Below are positions 28,320 through 36,267 of a stretch of DNA of 39,645 nt, one piece after another (the stretch's first letter is position 1; each line of letters begins with the position of its first letter). Both the position numbers and the translations under genes were made by a program. Location: contig JBIJBE010000036.1 in the NCBI GenBank assembly GCA_044345405.1, forward strand, positions 1 through 39,645, given 5' to 3'. The stretch is from Bdellovibrionota bacterium (lineage in GTDB: Bacteria > Bdellovibrionota_C > UBA2361 > OMII01). The notes under the pieces are model-generated. The model saw nothing but the letters and a program-made list of their open reading frames with translations, searched no databases and was not told the DNA's origin.

Positions 28320-28348
28320 AGGTTACGAAGCGGGGGGCGAGGGGTCAA
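28320..28348 (-). promoter_or_regulatory. Sigma70-type promoter giving a leaderless polA transcript
   Basis: Minus strand TTGACC-N17-TAACCT-N6-ATG(28313); no SD sequence. Confidence 0.6.
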
Positions 28349-28383
28349 CTGTTTGGAGCAGGGTATGAGGGCGATTCCAGATC

Positions 28384-28632
28384 GGGAGGGCGGTCATTCC
28401 TGACCGCCGTGTTGCGTGTGGCGAAGAATGCATCCGATACGAAACATTTCGGCGACCGGGAACGGTCGCCCTCCCGACGTGCCGACCGGAGATCCGGGAG
28501 GGCGGTCATTCCTGACCGCCGTGTTGCGTGTGGCGAAGAATGCATCCGATATGAAACATTTCGGCGACCGGGAACGGTCGCCCTCCCGACGTGCCGACCC
28601 GAGATTCGGGAGGGCGGTCATTCCTGACCGCC
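28384..28632. repeat. BIME-like REP array, 112-bp period (3 REP + 2 inverted REP)
   Basis: GGGAGGGCGGTCATTCCTGACCGCC at 28384, 28496 and 28608; inverted GGGAGGGCGACCGTTCCCGGTCGCC at 28451-28475 and 28563-28587; linkers of 42 and 20 nt. Confidence 0.9.
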
Positions 28633-28671
28633 GTGTTGCGGTTTGTTGTAAATTTGGTGATGCGTGATCGG

Positions 28672-28980
28672 TTACGCAATCAACGGAAGATCAATTCCCA
28701 ATCTCTTATTGAGCGCGGCGCGAAGGCGATTTTGAACATCGACTGAGATCGGTTGCTCTGGCTCGCGAAGCTCCGCGGCGCTGACGACAACATGTGTGTA
28801 GGAGGCAAGGAAGGCGGCGCACTCTGGACACTCATCAAAATGATCTTCCATCGCGATGCGCTCTGAAACGGGAAGTTCGTTATCTGTGTAATCCCCTAGG
28901 CGTGCGATCACATCTTTGCAATCAAGCATCTCGTTGTTCTGTGTGTTCTTATCGGATTTGAAAGTATTATTGTCGTTCAT
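28672..28980 (-). CDS. zf-HC2 (ZAS) zinc-binding anti-sigma factor-like protein
   Basis: 'LDCKDV...LGDYTDNEL...HFDECPEC' (HxxxCxxC); GAAGGA RBS. Confidence 0.85.
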   Translation of the reverse strand: MNDNNTFKSDKNTQNNEMLDCKDVIARLGDYTDNELPVSERIAMEDHFDECPECAAFLASYTHVVVSAAELREPEQPISVDVQNRLRAALNKRLGIDLPLIA

Positions 28981-29162
28981 CGCGAGGGTCCTTCGGTAAG
29001 GGATAGTTCTTCTACTTCTTAGCCACTAAGTAAGGACTGACAGCCACAACCTCTTCCTATCCAGCGTGGGCTTAAACCGCAGCCCGTAAAACCTATGAGC
29101 AACCTCGACAGCGACAGTTCCTGCGTCGTTCTCCTCTATTTGATTCTTCTTCTCAGAAAACG

Positions 29163-29200
29163 GTGCAAATTTGTTACAAATTTTTGACAGGAGGATGACA
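29163..29200 (-). promoter_or_regulatory. Pho-box-like OmpR/PhoB-family binding array (four half-sites, 11-bp period)
   Basis: Minus strand TGTCA-tcctcc-TGTCA-aaaatt-TGTAA-caaatt-TGCAC. Confidence 0.55.
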
Positions 29201-29330
29201 TTTTTTAGGCCGGACTGACCTAATATTCTGTTATTACTAGGTTTGTATGGTCGCTGGAATTGTAAAAAAATCCACAGAACTCTCGCTCGTCGAGAGGGCT
29301 GAAAAAGACCATCTGCCTGTGTTCAGCTAG

Positions 29331-30020
29331 TTACGCGACGAACTTGTACCCCACCCCATGCACCGTAAGGATGTGCTGTGGTTCGTCGATGTTCGACTCG
29401 ATCTTCTGGCGAAGGCGAGCGATGTGGTTATCCACTGTGCGAGTCGTCGGATAGGAGTTGTATCCCCACACCTCATCGAGGAGCTCGTCTCGTGTCACCA
29501 CAGAGCCCTGCTTGGATACGAGGTAGCGCAGGAGACGGTATTCTCGAGCGGAGAGCTCGATCGGCTCCTGGTTCTTGAGAGCGCGGTATGCCTTAAAGTC
29601 TACGACCACGTCAGAGAACTTGATCTCGTCGATTGATGTAACCCGTTGAATTCGCCGGAGAAGTGCCTTGACCCGGGCGATAAGTTCAAGCATTCCAAAG
29701 GGTTTGGCGAGATAGTCATCCGCGCCGAGGTCGAGGCCGAGTACCTTATCTACCTCTGTGCTACGTGCGGTGAGAAGAATGAGAGGAGTTGAGATGCCCG
29801 CCATGCGGAGCTCTCGACACGCCTGAAGCCCATCTTTGCGGGGCATCATGACGTCCATGATGATGAGGTCAGGTTTTTGCTGATTTACAAGGCTTACGCC
29901 CTCTTCTCCATCAGCGGCGGTGAGCACTTTGAAGCCCTCGAGTTCGAGGTTCATGACGAGGCTTTTCCGAATGAGCTCTTCGTCTTCGATAACAGCTATT
30001 ACGAACCCGTCTCCTCGCAT
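29331..30020 (-). CDS. OmpR/PhoB-family DNA-binding response regulator
   Basis: Receiver domain (IEDE, MDVMMP phospho-Asp, GADDYLAKPF) plus winged helix (TRTVDNHIARLRQK, TVHGVGYKF). Confidence 0.95.
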   Translation of the reverse strand: MRGDGFVIAVIEDEELIRKSLVMNLELEGFKVLTAADGEEGVSLVNQQKPDLIIMDVMMPRKDGLQACRELRMAGISTPLILLTARSTEVDKVLGLDLGADDYLAKPFGMLELIARVKALLRRIQRVTSIDEIKFSDVVVDFKAYRALKNQEPIELSAREYRLLRYLVSKQGSVVTRDELLDEVWGYNSYPTTRTVDNHIARLRQKIESNIDEPQHILTVHGVGYKFVA

Positions 30021-30109
30021 GTCGTACTACCCAGAATCCTTTCTCTGACAGTCCTTGGATGTTCTAGGACTATAGCAACTTTGAAACCCTTAGTAATGGG
30101 CTCTTCGCC

Positions 30110-30138
30110 TTGCTTTTCCTATCGCAGATAGGTATCTT
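30110..30138 (+). promoter_or_regulatory. Sigma70-type promoter of rplU-rpmA
   Basis: TTGCTT-N17-TATCTT. Confidence 0.5.
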
Positions 30139-30142
30139 ACCT

Positions 30143-30362
30143 GCTCTTGTTTCCTGACTCTAATACTTTCAGGGATTTATAGCCAAGAGCCTATTTGCTC
30201 TGTTGGCGCTAAATCTTTCCCTGAGAAAGAAGGGGCGAGGCCCGGATTACCTAAGCGGCTAAAAGTCTTAGGAGAGAGCCCACCGAAGAGGAGTTGAAAA
30301 GTAGGGGACAGAAAAAAGTTTTCAACTTAAGTGAAGTTGTAACCGGTGAAGGTGTAAGCGGT
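30143..30362 (+). promoter_or_regulatory. Long structured 5' leader of rplU (candidate cis-regulatory RNA)
   Basis: Four consecutive hairpins between the predicted TSS and the rplU start (see findings). Confidence 0.35.
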
Positions 30363-30728
30363 ATGGCAAAGAAAGTAGAAGCTGCAGTAGTTGAGGAGCC
30401 GAAGGTATTCGCGATCGTTCGCACAGCGGGCAAGCAGTACAAGGTTAGCCCTGGAACGAAGATCTCGATCGACACTGTCGAAGGCAACCCTGGTGACAAG
30501 ATCACGTTCTCTGACGTTCTCATGGCTGGAAAGACCGGCGGAAGTGAGATCAAGATCCTTGCGGCTGATGGCGCGGGCCTCGGCGTAACGGTTACGGGAC
30601 GTCTTGTCGCTCACAAGCGAGACAAGAAGGTAATCATCTTCAAGAAGCGTCTTAAGGGCGGTTACACAAAGAAGCAAGGTCATCGCCAAAACAAGAGCGA
30701 GATCGTTATCGAGAGTGTTTCCCTCTAA
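30363..30728 (+). CDS. rplU: 50S ribosomal protein L21
   Basis: 'FAIVRTAGKQYKV' and 'KVIIFKKRLKGGYTKKQGHRQ'; start moved to ATG 30363. Confidence 0.96.
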   Translation: MAKKVEAAVVEEPKVFAIVRTAGKQYKVSPGTKISIDTVEGNPGDKITFSDVLMAGKTGGSEIKILAADGAGLGVTVTGRLVAHKRDKKVIIFKKRLKGGYTKKQGHRQNKSEIVIESVSL

Positions 30729-30760
30729 TACACAGAGATTTGAAAATTTAGGGTGATGTC

Positions 30761-31018
30761 ATGGCACATAAGAAAGCGGTAGGAAGTACCAGAAACGGAC
30801 GAGACAGCGCAGGAAAGCGCCTCGGTGTTAAGAAGTTCGGTGGTGAAGTTGTTCGCGCGGGGAATATCCTCGTTCGTCAACGTGGAAGCACCTATCACGC
30901 TGGTGACAACGTAGGTACCGGCCGTGATTACACGCTCTTCGCTCTCACTGACGGTATCGTTGAGTTCAAGAAGGGACTCAGACACCTCATCCACGTTAAG
31001 CCTCTTCCGGCTGCGTAA
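30761..31018 (+). CDS. rpmA: 50S ribosomal protein L27
   Basis: '[24 protein letters not shown]' and 'GNILVRQRG'. Confidence 0.98.
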   Translation: MAHKKAVGSTRNGRDSAGKRLGVKKFGGEVVRAGNILVRQRGSTYHAGDNVGTGRDYTLFALTDGIVEFKKGLRHLIHVKPLPAA

Positions 31019-31053
31019 GGTGAATAGCCGTCACTCTGTGACGGGTTACGTGT

Positions 31054-31099
31054 AAAAGAGAGGAGTTCGGTGCATAATGCCCGGCTCCTCTTTTTGTTT
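31054..31099 (+). terminator. Rho-independent terminator between rpmA and obgE
   Basis: AAAAGAGAGGAGTTCGG...CCGGCTCCTCTTTTTGTTT: imperfect hairpin with a U-tract. Confidence 0.65.
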
Positions 31100-31121
31100 A
31101 TAAGTCTGCCGGGTTCGAATT

Positions 31122-32162
31122 ATGAAGTTTATCGATGAAGCAGTCATAGATGTTATCGCCGGAAAGGGTGGCGCTGGAGCGCGGAGCTTCCGTCGCGAGA
31201 AGTTCGTTCCCCTTGGTGGACCGGATGGTGGTAACGGTGGTCGCGGTGGATCCGTGATTTTACGCGCCGATTCGAGTGTGCAGACCCTGCTCGATTTCAA
31301 GTTCCAACCTGAGTGGAAGGCGAGCGATGGAAAGCCTGGAAGTGGTGCCCGTAAGGACGGACCAGCGGGACAGGATGTTGTCGTTAAGCTTCCCGTGGGT
31401 ACCCAAGTTCTTCAGTACGATCCTGAGACTCAGGAGGTTGGCGACCTCGTTGTCGACCTCGATGAGATCGGAAAGGAGTTCATCATCGCGAAGGGTGGTC
31501 GAGGAGGAAAGGGGAACTCATTCTTCAAGACCTCCACGAATCAAGCTCCTGAGCACGCACAACCTGGCGAGGAGGGCGAGCACGGTTCTTATAAGCTCTC
31601 GCTTAAACTTGTGGCGCACGTGGGGCTCGTTGGATTTCCGAACGCTGGAAAATCTACGCTCATCTCTCGTATTTCCGCCGCGCGACCAAAGATCGCGGAT
31701 TATCCATTTACGACGCTCGTTCCGAATCTCGGAGTGGTGCAAGCGAAGGGGGGTCGTTCCTTCGTGGTCGCTGATATTCCAGGATTGATCCCGGGCGCGA
31801 GTGAAGGAAAGGGGCTCGGAATCCGTTTCCTTAAGCACGTTGAGCGCACAAAGATCATCGCGCATCTCCTCGACCTCACGCATCTTGAGGAGGATGGTAC
31901 AGAGTCAGATCTCGAGCAGCTCTTCGATGCTATCAATCACGAGCTGAAAGAGTTCTCAGAGGAGCTCGCGTCTCGTAAGCAGCTCGTGGTTCTCACCAAG
32001 AAAGATTCCGTATCCTCTGAAGAGCGCGTCGAGCACTTCAAGAAGCGATTCAAAGATCGTGGCTTCGAGGTCGCCGTAATCTCCAGTGTGACTGGAGAGG
32101 GTGTTCCGGAGCTCATTGAGGCGTTCGCTACGCGGGTGTTTTTGGATGTGGCGGCGTCGTAG
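31122..32162 (+). CDS. obgE: GTPase ObgE/CgtA
   Basis: 'FRREKFVPLGGPDGGNGG', G1 'GFPNAGKST', 'DYPFTT' and 'DIPG'; canonical rplU-rpmA-obg synteny. Confidence 0.97.
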   Translation: MKFIDEAVIDVIAGKGGAGARSFRREKFVPLGGPDGGNGGRGGSVILRADSSVQTLLDFKFQPEWKASDGKPGSGARKDGPAGQDVVVKLPVGTQVLQYDPETQEVGDLVVDLDEIGKEFIIAKGGRGGKGNSFFKTSTNQAPEHAQPGEEGEHGSYKLSLKLVAHVGLVGFPNAGKSTLISRISAARPKIADYPFTTLVPNLGVVQAKGGRSFVVADIPGLIPGASEGKGLGIRFLKHVERTKIIAHLLDLTHLEEDGTESDLEQLFDAINHELKEFSEELASRKQLVVLTKKDSVSSEERVEHFKKRFKDRGFEVAVISSVTGEGVPELIEAFATRVFLDVAAS

Positions 32163-32194
32163 GTAAGCGTCGTCCAAATTGCGACCCGTTATAC

Positions 32195-32400
32195 GGGAGG
32201 GCGGTCATTCCTGACCGCCGTTTTACAAGAGGCGAAGGTGTTATCGAGGTACGCAACCTTTCGGCGAGCAGGAATGCTCGCCCTCCCTTGGTGCGAGCCC
32301 GTGTATTGGGAGGGCGGTCATTCCTGACCGCCGTGTTGCGTAAGGGTAAATCCGTTTGCGATTCGTGCCATTTTCGGTGATTGAGGATGGTCGCCCTCCC
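32195..32400. repeat. BIME-like REP array, 113-bp period (2 REP + 2 inverted REP, the last one degenerate)
   Basis: GGGAGGGCGGTCATTCCTGACCGCC at 32195 and 32308; inverted GGGAGGGCGAGCATTCCTGCTCGCC at 32263-32287; degenerate inverted copy at 32376-32400; lies between convergent obgE and ald. Confidence 0.88.
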
Positions 32401-32410
32401 GCCGTGCGCC

Positions 32411-33529
32411 CTACACCTGCACCACCCGCTCCACCGGCGTAAACTCCTTGTGCAACGCGTCTGCCGTCGGACGATTGGTCAGAAGTCCATTACAGCAGGT
32501 AAGCGCGCTCTGCATCGCGGCGCTCGTCGCGAGCGTTTTCGCGAGTCCGTTGTCGGCTATCTCTTTGATGTACGGAAGTGTCGCTGTGGTGAGCGCAAAG
32601 GTCGACGTCCTCGGTGTCTGCGCCGGCATATTGCACACGCCGTAGTGTATCACTCCATCCACCTCATACACCGGATTATCGAGCGTGGTTGGTTTGCTGG
32701 TCTCGGCGCATCCCCCTTGGTCGATGCTGATGTCGACAAAGACCGCTTGCGGTCCCATCGTTCGAATCATCTCGCGCGTAATGATGCGAGGTGTCGCGGC
32801 TCCTGGGACGAGTACCGCGCCGATAAGGAGATCCGCGTCTTTACAACTCTCCGCTAAGGACTGCGGTGTCGACACGACGGTGTGCACCACGTCACCGAAC
32901 TTCTTGGTGATGTAGGCGAGCTTCTCCTTGCTGATATCCACGACGGTAACGTGAGCTCCCATACCGACCGCGGTCGCGCAAGCCGCTTGTCCGGCGATTC
33001 CGGCTCCGATGATAACGACCTTCGCCGCTGGGCTTCCGGTCGCACCGCCAAGTAAAACCCCTCGGCCTCCGTTCTGGGAGAGAAGGTAGTATGAGCCGTT
33101 AAGCACCGAGAGCTTTCCGGCAACCTCGCTCATCGGTTCGAGCAAAGGGAGTCTCCCTTCCGATGTTCCAAGGTTTTCATATGCAAACGCCGTTATCTTT
33201 GAGCGAAGGAGCGCGTCCGCAACCTTGGGTAAACTCGCTAAGTGCAGGTAATCAAAGAGTATGAGGTCTGGCCTAAAGTATTGGAACTCGCTCTCGTCCG
33301 GCTCCTTTACCTTCACGAGAAGCTCCGCTCTCCCCCAGACATCAGCGAGGGTGGGAACGATCTCGCATCCCACCTGTTGGTACGCGGCGTCAGAAAACGA
33401 CGATCCGACGCCTGCCCCGGTTTCGATTAAGACCACGTGCCCCCGTTCGACAAGCTCGCGGGCGCCGTGCGGCGTGATCGCTACTCGTTTCTCTAAGGTC
33501 TTTCGCTCCCTCGGGACACCGATACGCAT
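32411..33529 (-). CDS. ald: Alanine dehydrogenase
   Basis: 'MRIGVPRE', 'KVKEP', 'YLHLA', 'LPLLEPMSEVAG', 'DISIDQGGC' and 'NMPA'; GGAGAGG RBS before ATG 33529. Confidence 0.95.
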   Translation of the reverse strand: MRIGVPRERKTLEKRVAITPHGARELVERGHVVLIETGAGVGSSFSDAAYQQVGCEIVPTLADVWGRAELLVKVKEPDESEFQYFRPDLILFDYLHLASLPKVADALLRSKITAFAYENLGTSEGRLPLLEPMSEVAGKLSVLNGSYYLLSQNGGRGVLLGGATGSPAAKVVIIGAGIAGQAACATAVGMGAHVTVVDISKEKLAYITKKFGDVVHTVVSTPQSLAESCKDADLLIGAVLVPGAATPRIITREMIRTMGPQAVFVDISIDQGGCAETSKPTTLDNPVYEVDGVIHYGVCNMPAQTPRTSTFALTTATLPYIKEIADNGLAKTLATSAAMQSALTCCNGLLTNRPTADALHKEFTPVERVVQV

Positions 33530-33688
33530 ATGCCTCTCCGGTACTGTAGCTGTGTTACCACCATGGTAAGGCATAGAGCAGTGAGCGCGCATTGGTAAAG
33601 ATCACTTTGTCGCTCAACACACTCGGAATTCAGAAATTGCGCATTCTCCTTAGCTGGTGAAATTTTGTTCGTAAAACAGAGACTTGGG

Positions 33689-33717
33689 TTTACTTCACCT
33701 CCCCCCTTTACTATAAA
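33689..33717 (+). promoter_or_regulatory. Sigma70-type promoter of folD-gcvTHP
   Basis: TTTACT-N17-TATAAA, about 40 nt upstream of the folD ATG. Confidence 0.45.
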
Positions 33718-33756
33718 AACGGGGCTGCAACCTTCACCTACTAAAGGGGGTTACTC

Positions 33757-34734
33757 ATGTCCTACTCAGGGCTCCCAAGCGCTAAGCTCTCTCCCGAATT
33801 CCCCGCGGGGGGTGGCGCATCGCACCGTCCAAAAATTCTCGATGGAAAGACATTGTCGCGTACTGTTGGTCGCTCGGTGGCTGCCGAGGCCGCTGTTGTC
33901 ACCAAGAAAGTCGGCCGTGCGCCTGGTCTTGCCGTAATCCTTGTTGGTGAGAACCCCGCCTCAAAAACGTACGTCGCCTCAAAGCACAGATTCGCGAAGG
34001 AGTGTGGGCTCGTCACCTTCGACTCGCATCTGCCGGCCTCCACCACAAAGGAGGAGCTCGCCGCGGTGATTCAGGGATACAACAACAACGAGCTCGTTGA
34101 TGGCATCCTCTTACAGCTCCCACTTCCGGCGCCACTCGATGGCGCCGAGTTCGTTCGGATGATAGCTCCTGAGAAGGACGCCGATGGATTGCATCCGATG
34201 AATCAAGGACTCCTCTTGCAAGGCGCTCCAGCGCCCCGTCCATGCACGCCCCTTGGTGTGATGACGATGCTCGACCTCGCGATGTCGAACGTAACGCTCA
34301 CCGATACGACGACCTTGGCCGATCTTTCCGCGGCGTCACTCGCAGGCAAGAAGGCCGTTGTGATAGGACGTTCTCAACTAGTTGGTAAGCCGATGGGGTT
34401 CCTCCTCCTTGAGCGAAACGCGACGGTGACCTTCGCGCACTCAAAGACCCCAGATCTTCCGGCGGTGTGCCGAGAGGCTGATGTGCTCGTTGCCGCGGTC
34501 GGTGTCCCTCGACTCGTCAAAAAGAATTTCGTGAAGCCGGGAGCGATCGTGCTTGATGTGGGTATCAATCGTCTCTCTGACGGTAAGCTCTGTGGTGATG
34601 TTGATTACGATGATGTCGCGCCAGTGAGCTCAGCTATCACTCCGGTGCCAGGTGGCGTTGGGCCGATGACGGTAGCGATGCTCATCTCGAATACCCTGCA
34701 AAATTTTAAGCGGAAGCATGGATTAATAGCATGA
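33757..34734 (+). CDS. folD: Bifunctional methylene-THF dehydrogenase/methenyl-THF cyclohydrolase
   Basis: 'YVASK' (YxxxK), 'GILLQLPLP', 'KDADG', 'PCTP', 'GRSQLVGKP' and '[12 protein letters not shown]'. Confidence 0.96.
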   Translation: MSYSGLPSAKLSPEFPAGGGASHRPKILDGKTLSRTVGRSVAAEAAVVTKKVGRAPGLAVILVGENPASKTYVASKHRFAKECGLVTFDSHLPASTTKEELAAVIQGYNNNELVDGILLQLPLPAPLDGAEFVRMIAPEKDADGLHPMNQGLLLQGAPAPRPCTPLGVMTMLDLAMSNVTLTDTTTLADLSAASLAGKKAVVIGRSQLVGKPMGFLLLERNATVTFAHSKTPDLPAVCREADVLVAAVGVPRLVKKNFVKPGAIVLDVGINRLSDGKLCGDVDYDDVAPVSSAITPVPGGVGPMTVAMLISNTLQNFKRKHGLIA

Positions 34735-35822
34735 AGAAAACCCCTCTGTACGACGAGCACCTTCGCCTTGGTGGAAAGATCGTTGAGTTCGCTGGCTGGC
34801 AGATGCCGGTGCAGTACTCTGGAGTAGTCGCTGAGCACGTAGCCGTTCGTGAGCGAGTCGGGCTCTTCGATGTAAGTCACATGGGAGAGATATGGGTCAC
34901 CGGTCCTAACGCTGAGAAAGCGCTTGAGCACATGACCTGTAACAAGGTGAGCTCGCTCTATGATGGGAAGGCGCACTACAGCGCGATTCTCAATCAGCAA
35001 GGTGGTGTCGTTGATGACATCATCATCTACCGATGCGACAAAGCGCGATTCCTTATCTGCGTGAACGCCTCAAACGCGGATAAAGATTTCGAGTGGCTCA
35101 CGAAACACAATCCAACCGACGCGAAGATCGTGAACGCGAGCGCCGAATACGGGCAGATCGCGGTGCAAGGTCCCCGTGGGATTGAGCTCGTAACACCACT
35201 GGTAGCGGGAGCGGACCTATCAACGCTGAAATACTTCCACTTCGTTGAGTGTGAGATCTTGGGCTCTCCTGTGATCGTCGCCCGTACCGGATATACCGGC
35301 GAGGATGGAGTTGAGATCTTCGTAAAAGCTGAAAAAACGGGCGATTTGTGGCGACTTTTGCTTGAGCACGGCGCCGCTCTTGGCGTTCTTCCGTGTGGTC
35401 TCGGCGCGCGTGATTCGCTCCGTCTTGAGGCCGCGCTTCCGCTGCACGGCCATGAACTCGCCGAGGATATCACCGCGCTTGAGAGTGGACTTGGATGGAT
35501 TGTGAAGTTCGATAAGGGCGATTTCATCGGAAGAGATGCGCTCCTCAAGCTGAGAGACGCTGGTCTTCCAAAGAAGCTCGTCGGATTCCATCTCGATGAA
35601 GCGGGTATCGCTCGACAGGGCGATCTCGTGAGCACACTTGATGGAAAAGAGATCGGTGTCGTCGCGAGTGGTACGAAGACACCAACGGTCAACAAAGCGC
35701 TCGGCATGGCGTTCGTTGAAACCCCATACGCCCCCCTCGACACGAAGCTCACCTTCGTTGTTCGAGGTCGCCCGATAGCTGGTCATGTAGTTCAATTACC
35801 TTTTTATAAACGTTCAAAGTAA
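34731..35822 (+). CDS. gcvT: Glycine cleavage system aminomethyltransferase T
   Basis: '[10 protein letters not shown]', 'LFDVSHMG', 'RTGYTGEDG' and '[12 protein letters not shown]'. Confidence 0.97.
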   Translation: MKKTPLYDEHLRLGGKIVEFAGWQMPVQYSGVVAEHVAVRERVGLFDVSHMGEIWVTGPNAEKALEHMTCNKVSSLYDGKAHYSAILNQQGGVVDDIIIYRCDKARFLICVNASNADKDFEWLTKHNPTDAKIVNASAEYGQIAVQGPRGIELVTPLVAGADLSTLKYFHFVECEILGSPVIVARTGYTGEDGVEIFVKAEKTGDLWRLLLEHGAALGVLPCGLGARDSLRLEAALPLHGHELAEDITALESGLGWIVKFDKGDFIGRDALLKLRDAGLPKKLVGFHLDEAGIARQGDLVSTLDGKEIGVVASGTKTPTVNKALGMAFVETPYAPLDTKLTFVVRGRPIAGHVVQLPFYKRSK

Positions 35823-35834
35823 AGGAGACTAACC

Positions 35835-36215
35835 ATGGAATTTCCAAACGAGTGTAAATACACGAAAGACCACGAGTGGGTACGTATTGAGGGTGACAAG
35901 GTTATCGTAGGGATCACAGAGTTCGCGCAATCTGAGCTTGGCGATCTCGTGTTCGTTGACCTCCCCGCCGTAGGAAAGACCGTCGCCACGCATGGCACTT
36001 TGTGCGTTGTTGAGTCGACCAAAGCCGCTTCCGATGTATACTCACCCGTAGCTGGTACGGTCGCTGAGCGAAATGACGCGCTCGCTGATGACCCAGGACT
36101 CATCAACCGAACTCCATACAGTGACGGTTGGATCGTAAAGCTCTCCGGCGTTTCTGAGGGTGAGCTTGCAGGTCTGATGTCGGCGGAAGAATATAAGAAG
36201 CTCGTTGGGAAGTAA
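35835..36215 (+). CDS. gcvH: Glycine cleavage system H protein
   Basis: 'HEWV', 'GITEFAQSELGD' and the lipoyl-Lys motif 'VESTKAASD'; AAGGAG RBS. Confidence 0.97.
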   Translation: MEFPNECKYTKDHEWVRIEGDKVIVGITEFAQSELGDLVFVDLPAVGKTVATHGTLCVVESTKAASDVYSPVAGTVAERNDALADDPGLINRTPYSDGWIVKLSGVSEGELAGLMSAEEYKKLVGK

Positions 36216-36267
36216 GACAACGACCGAACCGCACCCGACTTTGAAAGAGCATTACCACTAGGCAATC

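Noticed and set aside
28345-28667. Four short ORFs over the REP array upstream of polA
   Set aside because: Translations of the 112-bp repeat, whose period is not a multiple of 3; no coding signals.
30160-30312. Glycine-riboswitch-like words (CTTTCAGG; GGAGAGAGCCCACCGAAG; GGACAGA) in the rplU leader
   Set aside because: No P2 stem lies between GGAGA and CCGAAG, no CTCTCAGG follows it, and the downstream gene is not glycine-related. A cmscan against RF00504 would settle it.
31122-32162. ObgE lacking a C-terminal extension as a possible truncation by the adjacent REP array
   Set aside because: The Obg fold and G domain are complete, and short Obg proteins are common.
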